This document shows, piece by piece, positions 10,433-20,913 of a stretch of DNA of 64,000 bases; the stretch's first letter is position 1; each line of letters opens with the position of its first letter. The position numbers were made by a program, and so were the translations under genes. The notes below the pieces were generated by a model, which was given only the letters and a program-made list of their open reading frames with translations, had not been told where the DNA came from and made no database searches. The DNA comes from an uncultured delta proteobacterium (GTDB lineage: Bacteria; Desulfobacterota; Binatia; Binatales; Binataceae), in assembly GCA_963794325.1 (NCBI GenBank), contig CAWCDG010000005.1, forward strand, positions 32,001 to 96,000, read 5' to 3'.

Positions 10433-13400
10433 TTAAGTGGTAGCGGGCGCCGCCTTGCCTTGTGCGGCCGGATGAAGGTTGGCATTGACTCTTGCCAGGT
10501 GGCGCTGATGGCTTGCGCTCCCCAGATGCAGCATTTTGTAAACTTGAACCTTCGCCATGTCGTTGATGAAGAACCATACGAGGGCATAGCCCCACACTAG
10601 CAGCGCGTACTTCCATCCAAGTGGCGTCATGCCCCACCCGTAAACGGCGGCCAGTGTTCCGATGATCTGGGTTGCTTCGCAGGCAACCACCAAGCGCCAA
10701 TTGGGCCACGGCCGCTTCCAGAAAGTCCCAGCGCTTCTCGTAATGTAGATGGTCAAGTGTCCGGCGACCAGGAGCTTCAGGAACATGAGGCTCTGAACCA
10801 CGGGGCGAGAAAGGTGAAGGTATTTTTCCGCGGCCCAGAAAAGGCCGAAGGCAGCGATAACTCCTAACATGCCAAGTACCGAGCTGACCGTCAGCACGCG
10901 TTCCATGTCCCACCGTACGGGACGCGGAGCGACGACAGTGTTGTCATAGGCGATCATCATGATCGGAAAGTCATTGAGGACCGCGATGATCACGATCATG
11001 ACCGCGGTTACCGGGTAGAAGTTGAAGACCACGATAGCGAGAGTCATGAAGAGCAGCACGCGGATGGTTTCGGCGATCCGGTAGATTGCGTAGCTGTTCA
11101 TGCGCTCGAATATTTTGCGCGCCTCTGAAATGGCGGCGGTGATGACAGAGAGGCCTTTCGCGGTAAGCACCAGGTCGGCGGCCGCGCGAGCGGCGTCGGT
11201 CGCGCCGCTGACCGCGATTCCGCAATCAGCCTTCTTGAGCGCCGGAGCGTCGTTGACGCCGTCGCCGGTCATTCCCACGATATGCCCACCAGCCTGAAGG
11301 GCCTTGACGATTTTGAATTTGTGCTCGGGGAAAACCTCGGCGTAACCGTCGGCCGCGTCGATCTTGTCAGTGTTGTCTGCCTTGCCCTCAGGGAAAAGCT
11401 GGCTGGCGACTGCGATGTTCGGTCCCAGTTTGAGCTCGCGCGATACCTGCTGAGCAATCGCAAGGTTGTCGCCGGTAACCATGCGCACTTGCAGGCCCAT
11501 TTTTCGCGCGGTCGCGATGGTCGAGGCCGAATCGTCGCGAAGCGTATCGGACAGCGACAGCAGTCCAAGCAATTCCCACTTTCCATTAGCATCGGTACGC
11601 GCCACGCCAAGCGTGCGGAAGCCTTTTTCGGCCAGATCGTTGACCTGCTTTTCGGCTTTTTTGCGCTCGTCCGCGTCCGGATGGGCTAGATCCAGAATGA
11701 CTTGCGGCGCCCCCTTCGAGACTTTGAAAGTGGCGTTGCCATGCTTGACCTCGGCCTCGGTTCGCTTGCTGACCGGATCGAACGGCGTGAAATGAGTGAT
11801 TTGATAGGCCTTCAGCGCCGACTGATCTTTGAGACCTTTGACGACGGCATCGTCGATCCCATCGCGGCCGTTCGTTGGCGAGGCCAAAGACGCGGCCAGG
11901 ACCAGGTCCTGCTCGTTGCTCGCCTTGAAAACAACCGGGCTGCCCAACTCGAGCTCGTCCTTGGTGAGTGTCCCGGTCTTGTCCGAGCACAGAATATCCA
12001 TGCCGGCCATCTCTTCGATCGCGGCCAGGCGGGAGACGATGGCCTTCATTTTGGCGAGCACGGATGCGCCGACCGCCATCGTGACGGACAGAACGGCCGG
12101 CAAGGCGACCGGTATAGCAGCGACCGTCAGAATCAAGCAAAAGAGTATGGTTTCAACGAACGGGTCGCCGCGATACAGCGAGATGATAAGGATCAATGCG
12201 ACCAGGCCGAGAGTAATCAGAATGAGAAAATTACCTATCTTAAGGACCGCCTTCTGAAAGTGGGAAACGGTCTTAACGCTCTCAGTCAGTTGCGCGGCTT
12301 TGCCGAAGAGCGTGTTCATTCCGGTGGCGGTGACGAGCCCGTTCATTTGGCCCATCTTCACGATCGATCCTGAATACGCGACGTCGTTTTTCTTCTTTTC
12401 AACCGGCAGCGACTCGCCCGTCAGCGCGGACTGATCGATACTGAGGTAGTCGCCATCTACCAGCTTCATATCGGCGGGGACGACATTGCCGAGTTTGATC
12501 ATGACAATATCGCCAGTCACCAGGGTCTTGGCCGGGACGTCGCTCCACTTGCCGTCGCGCAGGACATGGGAATGCATTGCCAGATGCTTTTTCAGCGCTT
12601 GGATCTCGTTGTCGGCCTTGTATTCCTCCCAGAAGCCGACGACCGCATTCAGCGCCAGCATGAAGAAGATCATAGTAAAGTCTTCCCAATGCCGAACCAC
12701 TGCGGAGAGTATCGCCGCAATCTCGATCATCCACGCGATAGGTCCCCACAGGAACTTGAGAAACCGCATGATCGGATTGATGTGCACTTCCTTGATGGCG
12801 TTCGGACCGTCCTTCTTGAGCCGGGCCGCCGCCTCTTCCTGGGTCAGCCCAACCTTGATACTGGACTTGAACTTGGTGACCGCCTCCTCGATCGTGCCGG
12901 TATCAGTTGGTACCTTCACCGAACCTTTAGATGCATCTGCCTTTGCCCCATCAGCCTTGGGCGCATCAGCCTTGGACGCGTCAGCCTTGGAGTCATCGGC
13001 CTCAGAGCTGTCAGCCTTGGCCCCGTCAGCCTTGGGAGCATCGGCCTGAGAGCTATCGGCCTTGGCTGCTTCGGGCTTGGTCCCATTTGCTTTGGGAGTG
13101 TCTGCCTTGGACGCGTCAGCCTTGGGCGCATCAGCCTTAGAGCTGTCAGCCTTGGCCGCGTCGGGCTTGACCCCGTCAGCCTTGGGTGCATCGGCTTTGG
13201 CCTTTTCGGGCTTGGGGGCATCACCTTCGGGCCTGCTAGGGTTGGTCGCTTCCGCGGCGAGGGAGGACTCGGCCTTTTGCCAGTCCTCGAGCGCACTGCC
13301 GGGTTCACCATGCCGAGCCTGAAACGCTTCGAAGGCGCGCTTGCGAATCTCGTCTACGCTCGGCTTTGACCCATTGGGTTTGGCGACGCTCGAGGCGTCA

Positions 13401-13639
13401 GGTTTGGATGCGTCGGGCTTAGGCGCATCGGGCTTGGACGCATCCGCGTAAAGGGCCGCCTCTTCCTTTAGCAAGTATTCGCGCGCCTGGAATATTTCGT
13501 ATGCACGCTTGCGGAGTTCGTCCAAGCCGGGCTTCGACCCATTGGGTTTAGCGACTTGTTCTTTGGACCCGTTTGGCGCGGAGTCTTTTGAATCGTTTGA
13601 GGTCTTCGCATCGTCTGCGGAACTCTTCTCAATAGCCAT
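10433..13639 (-). CDS. plasma-membrane-type proton-efflux P-type ATPase (P3A) with extended N-terminus
   Basis: TGES, AIPVALP, CSDKTGTLT, KGAPQVI, TGDGVNDAPALKKADCGIAV, YRIAETIR and M6 LNDFP motifs. Confidence 0.93.
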   Translation of the reverse strand: MAIEKSSADDAKTSNDSKDSAPNGSKEQVAKPNGSKPGLDELRKRAYEIFQAREYLLKEEAALYADASKPDAPKPDASKPDASSVAKPNGSKPSVDEIRKRAFEAFQARHGEPGSALEDWQKAESSLAAEATNPSRPEGDAPKPEKAKADAPKADGVKPDAAKADSSKADAPKADASKADTPKANGTKPEAAKADSSQADAPKADGAKADSSEADDSKADASKADAPKADGAKADASKGSVKVPTDTGTIEEAVTKFKSSIKVGLTQEEAAARLKKDGPNAIKEVHINPIMRFLKFLWGPIAWMIEIAAILSAVVRHWEDFTMIFFMLALNAVVGFWEEYKADNEIQALKKHLAMHSHVLRDGKWSDVPAKTLVTGDIVMIKLGNVVPADMKLVDGDYLSIDQSALTGESLPVEKKKNDVAYSGSIVKMGQMNGLVTATGMNTLFGKAAQLTESVKTVSHFQKAVLKIGNFLILITLGLVALILIISLYRGDPFVETILFCLILTVAAIPVALPAVLSVTMAVGASVLAKMKAIVSRLAAIEEMAGMDILCSDKTGTLTKDELELGSPVVFKASNEQDLVLAASLASPTNGRDGIDDAVVKGLKDQSALKAYQITHFTPFDPVSKRTEAEVKHGNATFKVSKGAPQVILDLAHPDADERKKAEKQVNDLAEKGFRTLGVARTDANGKWELLGLLSLSDTLRDDSASTIATARKMGLQVRMVTGDNLAIAQQVSRELKLGPNIAVASQLFPEGKADNTDKIDAADGYAEVFPEHKFKIVKALQAGGHIVGMTGDGVNDAPALKKADCGIAVSGATDAARAAADLVLTAKGLSVITAAISEARKIFERMNSYAIYRIAETIRVLLFMTLAIVVFNFYPVTAVMIVIIAVLNDFPIMMIAYDNTVVAPRPVRWDMERVLTVSSVLGMLGVIAAFGLFWAAEKYLHLSRPVVQSLMFLKLLVAGHLTIYITRSAGTFWKRPWPNWRLVVACEATQIIGTLAAVYGWGMTPLGWKYALLVWGYALVWFFINDMAKVQVYKMLHLGSASHQRHLARVNANLHPAAQGKAAPATT
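12935..13225 (-). repeat. 15-bp coding repeats (KAD[A/G/S][P/S/A] pentapeptides) in the ATPase N-terminus
   Basis: Recurrent tcagccttgg units on the + strand; protein KADAPKADASKADTPK... Confidence 0.9.
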
Positions 13640-13715
13640 CGTTCAACTCCTGCCAAATTCCTTTCATACTGCGAAGACTGACCTGGGTCACAAGCTTACG
13701 AGAGATCCTGACGGA

Positions 13716-14765
13716 CTATTGGTTCTTCGCTTGAGCACGCGTGAAGTCGAGGACCACACGTGACGCTACATCGCCGTGTTCGAGCCGGTTGAAGATCTGG
13801 TTGATCGCAGACAGTGGCTGCAGTTCGATGTCGGCCTTGACCTTACCTGCGGTGGCGAACGCGAGCGCATCGGCCATATCCTGACGCGTACCGACGAACG
13901 AACCGCGAATGGTTATGCAGTTCGCCACTACGTCGAACAGAGGAACCGGGAATTCACCGGGCGGCAGTCCGACCAGCACGCAAGTGCCACGCTTCCGGGT
14001 CATGCCAACGCCCTGCTTGAATGCGATCAGCGAGGGAGCCGTAATCACAACGCCATGAGCGCCGCCGCCGGTCTCTTTCTTCACGGCGGCTGCAGGGTCG
14101 CCGGCTTTGGCATTGATCACGAGATCGGCGCCAACCTGCTTGGCGTGAGCCAGCTTGCGATCGTCGATATCGATCGCGCAGACCAGCAATCCCATAGCCT
14201 TGGCATATTGGATCGCCAGATGCCCGAGTCCGCCACAGCCGGAGACGGCGATCCACTCGCCGGGCTTCGCTTCGGTCTCCTTGATCCCCTTGTAGGTCGT
14301 GACGCCAGCGCAGATCAGCGGGGCCGCATCCAAAGGCGCGAGGCCGGCAGGTATATGGGCGACATAGTTCGGGTCTGCGAGTAGGTACTCGGCAAAGCCC
14401 CCGTTTTTGGTATAGCCGCCGAACTGGGCTTCGGGGCAAACCGTCTCCCAAGCCGTCAAACAATATTCGCAATGGCCGCACGCCGAGTAGAGCCAGGGCA
14501 CCCCAACCCGGTCTCCCTCCTTTACGATCGTCACGCCCGATCCAACGGCGGTGACCAGCCCGATGGCCTCATGACCCGGAATGAAAGGGAGCGTGGGCTT
14601 CACTGGCCAGTCGCCATGCGCGGCATGGAGGTCTGTGTGGCATACGCCGCAGGCCTCGGTTTTGATCAGGATCTGACCTGCGCCGGGAGACGGGATGTCC
14701 AATTCACGAAGCGCCAGAGGCTTTCCAAACTCCTCGACTATTGCTGCTTTCATCTTAAGGGCCAT
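13716..14765 (-). CDS. adhP: zinc-dependent alcohol dehydrogenase, propanol-preferring type
   Basis: CGVCHTDLH, GHE, structural Zn site CGHCEYC...C and GSFVGTRQD. Confidence 0.93.
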   Translation of the reverse strand: MALKMKAAIVEEFGKPLALRELDIPSPGAGQILIKTEACGVCHTDLHAAHGDWPVKPTLPFIPGHEAIGLVTAVGSGVTIVKEGDRVGVPWLYSACGHCEYCLTAWETVCPEAQFGGYTKNGGFAEYLLADPNYVAHIPAGLAPLDAAPLICAGVTTYKGIKETEAKPGEWIAVSGCGGLGHLAIQYAKAMGLLVCAIDIDDRKLAHAKQVGADLVINAKAGDPAAAVKKETGGGAHGVVITAPSLIAFKQGVGMTRKRGTCVLVGLPPGEFPVPLFDVVANCITIRGSFVGTRQDMADALAFATAGKVKADIELQPLSAINQIFNRLEHGDVASRVVLDFTRAQAKNQ

Positions 14766-14816
14766 GGTTACTCCTTTCGGGAGACTCGAATCGTTGATAG
14801 CGGACGGGTCCGCAAG

Positions 14817-14915
14817 TTAGACAGCAGCAAGACAACCATCAAGTTGAATGTCGGTCTGCTCGACGAACTCTTTGAGCAGCTTTTCTGAGTACGGATTGAT
14901 TGTTTGGTATGCCAT
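14817..14915 (-). pseudogene. 5' remnant of an NAD(P)-dependent succinate-semialdehyde/aldehyde dehydrogenase
   Basis: My translation MAYQTINPYSEKLLKEFVEQTDIQLDGCLAAV* matches the Sad/GabD N-terminal pattern; GAGGAGG RBS upstream; not in the ORF track. Confidence 0.6.
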
Positions 14916-15261
14916 CGGGAGAGCTACCTCCTCGAGCGGAGTGCGAGCTGGAAAATCAGGTTACCGCCGGTCTTCCAGCGTTACGCGATACCGACGATCG
15001 AGTTGTGGTCGGTGAACCGGATGAATTTCCGACACGCCTTGAACCCAACATTCGAGGCGCTGGTACCGAAAGCTTCGCAATTCAAGCCTAGCAGACTCGG
15101 CCTGTAGCCTTAGCCCGCGATCAGAATCGTTTGTTCTTTAAATAACCGATCGGGTATGTTGCCCAATGGCCACTAAACGCAAACTCAGCGTAGAGTACTC
15201 GGCGACAGAAACGCCGCGCCTGGAGAAATTCCGGCGATGGCTACGCGAAACGCGCGATTCG

Positions 15262-15474
15262 CAGATCACGTAGCGATCTACTATAGTGGCATCGGAATGC
15301 CTGAACAAATTAAACTCCGCAAACCTTCCCCCGAACTCGAACTGCTTGCAGTGCCACGGCCCGGCGGCCAACTTCAAAAACGATCCCGCGCACGCAGCCG
15401 CGATGAAGCCGCTCCTGGCCAGTCAACTTAGCTGCGTGACCTGCCACCAGCCGATCCACACGCCCGAAGGATGA
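15262..15474 (+). pseudogene. 3' remnant of a NapC/NirT-like cytochrome c (5'-truncated, frameshift near 15330)
   Basis: HVAIYYSGIGMPEQIKLRKP then, in another frame, PNSNCLQCH...SCVTCHQPIH; parallels YPNSECLHCH...SCISSGCHDMIH of the 7061 protein. Confidence 0.7.
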
Positions 15475-15478
15475 GAGC

Positions 15479-15670
15479 ATGCCAACACTGATCGAAACAG
15501 CCCTGATAGCTGTCGGCCTCGGATTCCTGCTTGCGGCCCCGTGCATCATCGAGACCACGCCGATAACGATGTGTTTGTTTTTCTTTTTCGGCGTTCCGTT
15601 GTTCGCGTTAGGTTTCTTGTCTTATGTTATCGCGGTAATTCAAGACTTGCGGCGACACGAGGTGCTGTAA
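15479..15670 (+). CDS. small two-TM membrane protein next to the cytochrome remnant
   Basis: 63-aa hydrophobic ORF with the same layout as 6786-7004. Confidence 0.6.
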   Translation: MPTLIETALIAVGLGFLLAAPCIIETTPITMCLFFFFGVPLFALGFLSYVIAVIQDLRRHEVL

Positions 15671-15698
15671 CCTCGAAAGCGACCGCCCCTTTGTTTCT

Positions 15699-16295
15699 TC
15701 ACGAAACGGTGGCGGCTCGCTGCATCTTTTGCGCGGTAGGTTCGCGCCGGTAGTACGCCGGATAGATCGCGGTCAGTGCGAAGCCGAGAACCATGCTCGC
15801 ACCGGGTACGATCACGACCAGCAGTGATCGATGGCCGAAGCCGAGTGCGATAGCCGCCAGAATAGTATCGAGAGTGAAGATGATCGCCCATACGACACTG
15901 ACGCGGAAATGAACCTGGCGAAACGAAGGTTCGTTCCACAGGTCGCGCGGTGATCTCTCTCGAGCATACTGAAGCCTGAAGGGAACACCGAAAATCATCG
16001 TTACCCATGCGGCTACCGCGAATAAACCCCATCCGAAGATGGTCTGGTAGCGGATGAAAGACCCTTCACCAACGGCGGCGAGCTCGACAATCGCAAGTAC
16101 GAAGAATCCCAGCGAAGTGCAATCGATTATCTTGATCCTTCGCGTAAGAATCTCGTACGCGACGATCGCCAGCATGATCACCAACCCTGCGCATGCTGCC
16201 GTTCTCCAATACTCCCACGCGCCTATGAGGCCATAGGCCAGCCATGCGGCGAATCCCATGTAGGAGACGACGTTAGGTATGGGTTTCCATGTCAT
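15699..16295 (-). CDS. hypothetical membrane protein
   Basis: Multi-TM protein with PFRLQYARE...W.EPSF motif; ATGA overlap with the upstream gene sets the start at 16295. Confidence 0.7.
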   Translation of the reverse strand: MTWKPIPNVVSYMGFAAWLAYGLIGAWEYWRTAACAGLVIMLAIVAYEILTRRIKIIDCTSLGFFVLAIVELAAVGEGSFIRYQTIFGWGLFAVAAWVTMIFGVPFRLQYARERSPRDLWNEPSFRQVHFRVSVVWAIIFTLDTILAAIALGFGHRSLLVVIVPGASMVLGFALTAIYPAYYRREPTAQKMQRAATVS

Positions 16296-16516
16296 CTCAT
16301 GGCGCCCGGAAGCGGCTGCTGCCGTTGACTGCGAGGCCACCAGGCCAAGTCATCGCTCATCACATAGGTAGCCAAGGCGACGAGCATCAAACTCACGGCG
16401 ACCCACAAACGCCAATCATGATGCGCGTGCTTCCAGTAAGGCCGATGGAAGCCATGATTAACACCGTCGCCATCTGGACCTTCGTGATGCTGGTGATTGT
16501 GCTTTTCCTTACTCAT
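16292..16516 (-). CDS. small His-rich single-TM protein
   Basis: [11 protein letters not shown]...[21 protein letters not shown]; overlaps the xfp stop and the next start codon. Confidence 0.65.
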   Translation of the reverse strand: MSKEKHNHQHHEGPDGDGVNHGFHRPYWKHAHHDWRLWVAVSLMLVALATYVMSDDLAWWPRSQRQQPLPGAMR

Positions 16517-18941
16517 GAGTTGCCGCCTGATCGCCGTGGTCCACCTGTGGCGACCTCGGGTGGGATTCGTTGCTGCTCTGATCTTTCCATTTCCAGTTCC
16601 GGATTTCCGGCAAGTCCTGTCCGTGCTTGTCGATGTAATGCTTGTGCTCAATGAGCTTGTCCTGAACCATCTGCTTGAGATACGCGCCCTTGGCTCCCAA
16701 CTGCGGCAGACGATCCACGACGTCTTGAACCAGGTGAAATCGATCCAGGTCGTTCTGCACCCTCATGTCGAAGGCCGTCGTGATAGTGCCCTCTTCCTTA
16801 TAGCCGCGGACGTGCAGGTTGCGGTTGGTGCGGCGGTAGGTAAGCCGATGCACCAGCCATGGGTATCCATGGAAGCCAAAGATGATGTGCTTATCCTTGG
16901 TGAAGAGCGAATCGTAATCCGTCTCGCTTAACCCGTGCGGATGCTCGCTCGCAGACTGCAGCTTCATGAGATCGACGACGTTGATCACCCGGATTTTCAG
17001 ATCGGGCAGATGTTCGCGAAGGATGGAGACGGCGGCCAGAATCTCCAGCGTGGGCGTGTCTCCGCAACACGCCATCACCACGTCCGGCTCGGAGCCCTGA
17101 TCGTTACTGGCCCATTGCCAGATGCCGATTCCTTCCGTGCAATGCACGACCGCCGCGTCCATGGTCAGCCATTGCGGCAGGGCGTGCTTGCCGGCCACCA
17201 CCACGTTGACGTAATCCCGGCTGCGCAGGCAGTGATCGAAGACCGACAGCAGACAGTTCGCGTCGGGCGGCAAATACACGCGCACGATGTCGGCCTTCTT
17301 GTTGATCACGTGGTCGAGGAAACCTGGGTCCTGGTGCGTGAAGCCATTGTGATCCTGCTGCCAGACGTGAGAGGCCAACAGGTAGTTCAGTGACGAGATC
17401 TTGCGGCGCCATGGCAGTTCCAACGTCACCTTGAGCCACTTGGCGTGCTGGCTGAACATCGAATCGACGATGCGAATGAAAGCCTCATAGCTATTGAAAA
17501 GCCCATGGCGTCCGGTGAGCAGATAGCCCTCGAGCCAACCCTCGCACTGGTGCTCGCTGAGCATCGAGTCCAACACGCGTCCAGTGGGCGCGAGGAATTC
17601 GTCATTTTTTACTTCGCGAGCATCCCACTGACGATCGGTGACTTCAAAAACCGCGCCCAACAGATTCGATAGTGTCTCATCGGGACCGAACACGCGGAAA
17701 TTACGCTTGTCCTGATTCAGCTTGGCTACATCGCGCAGAAAACTGCCGAGCACGAGCGTATCCTGTCCGCTGACGGCTCCGGGCGAAGGCACATTCACCG
17801 CGTGGTCGTGGAAATCCGGCATCCGCAGATCGTGCAGCAGAATGCCGCCGTTAGCGTGCGGATTGGCACCCATCCGCCGCTCGCCCTTAGGCGCCAGCTC
17901 GGCCAGTTCCGGCTTGAGACGGCCATGCTCGTCGAACAGCTCCTCGGCCTTGTAGCTCTTCATCCAGTTTTCAAGCAACTTGACATGGTCCGGATGCTCG
18001 GGGTCCACTATCAGCGGCACCTGGTGCGACCGGAAGGTGCCCTCGATTTGTAAGCCGTCGACAAATTTCGGGCCCGTCCAACCCTTGGGCGATTTCAGGA
18101 CGATCATTGGCCAACGCCGCCGAGTGGTGTCGTTTTTGTCGCGTGCGTTGCTTTGGATTTGCCGAATGTCTTCGATGACCTGTTCCATGGTGGCGGCCAT
18201 GAGTTGATGCATCTTTTCCGGCTCATCACCTTCTACAAAGTAGGGCGTCCAGCCGCAGCCTCGCAGAAATTGCTCTAACTCTTCGTGCTCGATACGGGCG
18301 AGCACGGTCGGGTTGCTGATCTTGTACCCGTTTAGGTGAAGGATCGGCAGCACGGCTCCGTCGGTAATCGGGTCGAGAAACTTGTTGGACTGCCATGCGG
18401 TCGCCAGCGGACCGGTTTCCGCCTCACCGTCACCGATGATGCAGGCGACGATCAGATCGGGATTGTCGAACGCGGCGCCGAAAGCATGGCTGAGTGAGTA
18501 CCCCAACTCGCCACCTTCGTGAATCGAGCCCGGCGTCGTCGGCGCAACGTGGCTCGAGATCCCGCCGGGAAACGAAAATTGCTTGAACAGCTCTTTCATC
18601 CCGGCTTCGTCCTGGGTCACGTTCGGATAGATCTCACTCCAGGTACCTTCGAGGTAAACGTTGCCCACCAACGCTGCGCCACCATGCCCGGGACCCGCGA
18701 TGTAGAACATATTCAGGTCATATTTCTTGATGACCCGGTTCAGATGCACGTATATAAAGTTCTGACCCGGCACCGTACCCCAATGTCCTACCACCAACGG
18801 TTTCACGTGTGACAGTTTGAGCGGCTCCTTCAGCATCGGATTCTGGTAGAGATAAATCTGACCGACCGAGATGTAGTTGGCGGCGCGCCAGTACGCATCG
18901 ATCTTGTGGAGCATTTCCGGGGAAAGAGTTTCTGTATTCAT
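16509..18941 (-). CDS. xfp: xylulose-5-P/fructose-6-P phosphoketolase
   Basis: [31 protein letters not shown] and [12 protein letters not shown] motifs. Confidence 0.96.
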   Translation of the reverse strand: MNTETLSPEMLHKIDAYWRAANYISVGQIYLYQNPMLKEPLKLSHVKPLVVGHWGTVPGQNFIYVHLNRVIKKYDLNMFYIAGPGHGGAALVGNVYLEGTWSEIYPNVTQDEAGMKELFKQFSFPGGISSHVAPTTPGSIHEGGELGYSLSHAFGAAFDNPDLIVACIIGDGEAETGPLATAWQSNKFLDPITDGAVLPILHLNGYKISNPTVLARIEHEELEQFLRGCGWTPYFVEGDEPEKMHQLMAATMEQVIEDIRQIQSNARDKNDTTRRRWPMIVLKSPKGWTGPKFVDGLQIEGTFRSHQVPLIVDPEHPDHVKLLENWMKSYKAEELFDEHGRLKPELAELAPKGERRMGANPHANGGILLHDLRMPDFHDHAVNVPSPGAVSGQDTLVLGSFLRDVAKLNQDKRNFRVFGPDETLSNLLGAVFEVTDRQWDAREVKNDEFLAPTGRVLDSMLSEHQCEGWLEGYLLTGRHGLFNSYEAFIRIVDSMFSQHAKWLKVTLELPWRRKISSLNYLLASHVWQQDHNGFTHQDPGFLDHVINKKADIVRVYLPPDANCLLSVFDHCLRSRDYVNVVVAGKHALPQWLTMDAAVVHCTEGIGIWQWASNDQGSEPDVVMACCGDTPTLEILAAVSILREHLPDLKIRVINVVDLMKLQSASEHPHGLSETDYDSLFTKDKHIIFGFHGYPWLVHRLTYRRTNRNLHVRGYKEEGTITTAFDMRVQNDLDRFHLVQDVVDRLPQLGAKGAYLKQMVQDKLIEHKHYIDKHGQDLPEIRNWKWKDQSSNESHPRSPQVDHGDQAATHE

Positions 18942-18978
18942 GCTTCAATTCTCCTTCTTTCAGTGGGCGGCCGGTCGC

Positions 18979-19641
18979 TCACTTGTTCGCCTTGCCGGTT
19001 GTTTCGTTCCTGGATTCAAGCGGCTTCGATTCGGGCGAGTCCTGCTGGCGTAGAAAGATCGTCAGCACGACATAGAGCGCAATCACGAGATATTCCGCCT
19101 GCCAGGTTTGCAAGGTTGTCGTCCAGAATTTAGCCGAAAGCAAAAATGCTGCGATCGAGATCGGCGGCTGGCCCGCGAGCGCGAGTTGCTCGTTGTAGGC
19201 CTTGGTCCCGAAGACGATATGCAGCCCAAGTGCGAGCACAAACAGCAGAATAAACGCCACCAACAGCGAATTGCGGTAAAACCAACTGAAGCGATCAGCT
19301 TTGCTTCGCTTTCCTTTGCTTTTCGCTTTGCGTGGATCGCGGGAATGCGGTGCGCCACGCTGATAGAGGAAGCTGCTGAATACGATCAGCGAGCCAAGCT
19401 GCAGGAAGGCCGCCTGCCAATTGGAAGCGAGCCCTTCCAGGAAGGCCCCGGTTGACAGAAAATGCCAATAGCCGATCGACGACTGCGCGTGCTCCGCAAG
19501 AGTCTCATTTTGTAGCCACCAGCCGGTAAGACTTCCCACGTAAATGCAGATGATGAAAAGCGCGAACAGCACGATCGAGAGTGAATTGTCTCTGATCGGG
19601 TGGATTACTTTTCGCATCCGACCCACCTTCTCCGTTCCCAC
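18979..19641 (-). CDS. DUF6766-like membrane protein
   Basis: Internal repeat NWQAAFLQ / TWQAEYL; ends LRQQDSPESKP. Confidence 0.7.
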   Translation of the reverse strand: MGTEKVGRMRKVIHPIRDNSLSIVLFALFIICIYVGSLTGWWLQNETLAEHAQSSIGYWHFLSTGAFLEGLASNWQAAFLQLGSLIVFSSFLYQRGAPHSRDPRKAKSKGKRSKADRFSWFYRNSLLVAFILLFVLALGLHIVFGTKAYNEQLALAGQPPISIAAFLLSAKFWTTTLQTWQAEYLVIALYVVLTIFLRQQDSPESKPLESRNETTGKANK

Positions 19642-19689
19642 GGCGATGTTCGCGCTAGTCCCATTTTGTCCTAAGAAGAATGCTCGCTA

Positions 19690-20913
19690 TCAGAAGTTTC
19701 TTTTTCTCTTCATGACTGGGTTGTTTTCAATTGTGATGCCCAAGACGCGGCAAACTGTCTTTGCGATCATGAGTTCTTCATCCGTATGAATGACGCGAAC
19801 AGTGACCCGGCCGTCGGCCGCGGAAATCACACTCTCATTCACCGCGTTTCGCTTTTCTTCGAGTTCGATCCCAAGGAATCCCAGTCCGTCGCAAATCCGC
19901 GCGCGGACCTTTGGCGCGTTTTCGCCAATGCCGCCGGCAAACACTAGCGTGTCCAGTCCACCTAACGCCGCCGCGAATGCGCCGATCCACTTCTTGACCT
20001 GGTAGCAGAACAGCGCGACCGCTTCAGCCGCCCGCACGTCCTGCGCTTCATGTTCGAGCAAATCGTGCATGTCGGAACTGGTCTCCGACATCCCGAGCAA
20101 CCCGGACTTGAAATTGACCATCTCGTTGAATTCTTTCGCGCTCATTTTTTCGGTGCGCGCCAGATACCAAACCAGTCCGGGGTCGAGATCGCCTGAGCGG
20201 GTACTCATCGGTACTCCGGCCGTCGGAGTGAAACTCATGCTCGTGTCTATCGATTTGCCATGACGCACGGCCGCCAGGCTCGCGCCGTTGCCAAGATGTG
20301 CGAGGATGACCCGGCCTTGAGCCGCTTCCGATCCGCCCAGGCGGTCTAGTTCTCCTATGAGGAACGCATACGACAACCCATGGAACCCGTACCGACGCAC
20401 CCCTTGCGCTTCGTAGCGGCGCGGGATCGGCAACAAACGGGCTACTTGTGGCATGTCATGGTGGAAAGCCGTGTCGAAACACGCGACTTGGGGCAGCTTA
20501 GGAAATCGGCGATGAAACGCCTCGGTTAACAGGATCTCCTCCGGCATATGCTCAGGATCGAAAGCACTGAGCGCGTGCAGCTCCTTGACCATTTCCGGAG
20601 TGATTCGCTGCGGCTTGAAATACTTCGGCCCGCCATGCACCACGCGATGCCCGACCGCGGTCAATGCATCGCGGTCGCTGCGTTTCTCCAGCCAATCCAT
20701 CAACGCATTCACCGCTGCCGTGTGGTTCGGCACGGCCAACGCTCGGGAAACTTTCTCTGATCCTTTCACCGTAAACCTGGCGTCCGACAAACCGATCCGG
20801 TCAATACTCCCGTCCAACGAGCGGCGTAGTGGCTCGCCAGCTTCGAACAACGCGAATTTAATACTCGACGAGCCGCCGTTGATCGTCAGAATCTGTGAGT
20901 TAGCCGGCTTCAT
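19690..20913 (-). CDS. ackA: acetate kinase
   Basis: INGGSSSIK, GHRVVHGG, RRYGFHGLSY, HLGNGAS, TRSGDLDP and GGIGEN motifs. Confidence 0.95.
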   Translation of the reverse strand: MKPANSQILTINGGSSSIKFALFEAGEPLRRSLDGSIDRIGLSDARFTVKGSEKVSRALAVPNHTAAVNALMDWLEKRSDRDALTAVGHRVVHGGPKYFKPQRITPEMVKELHALSAFDPEHMPEEILLTEAFHRRFPKLPQVACFDTAFHHDMPQVARLLPIPRRYEAQGVRRYGFHGLSYAFLIGELDRLGGSEAAQGRVILAHLGNGASLAAVRHGKSIDTSMSFTPTAGVPMSTRSGDLDPGLVWYLARTEKMSAKEFNEMVNFKSGLLGMSETSSDMHDLLEHEAQDVRAAEAVALFCYQVKKWIGAFAAALGGLDTLVFAGGIGENAPKVRARICDGLGFLGIELEEKRNAVNESVISAADGRVTVRVIHTDEELMIAKTVCRVLGITIENNPVMKRKRNF

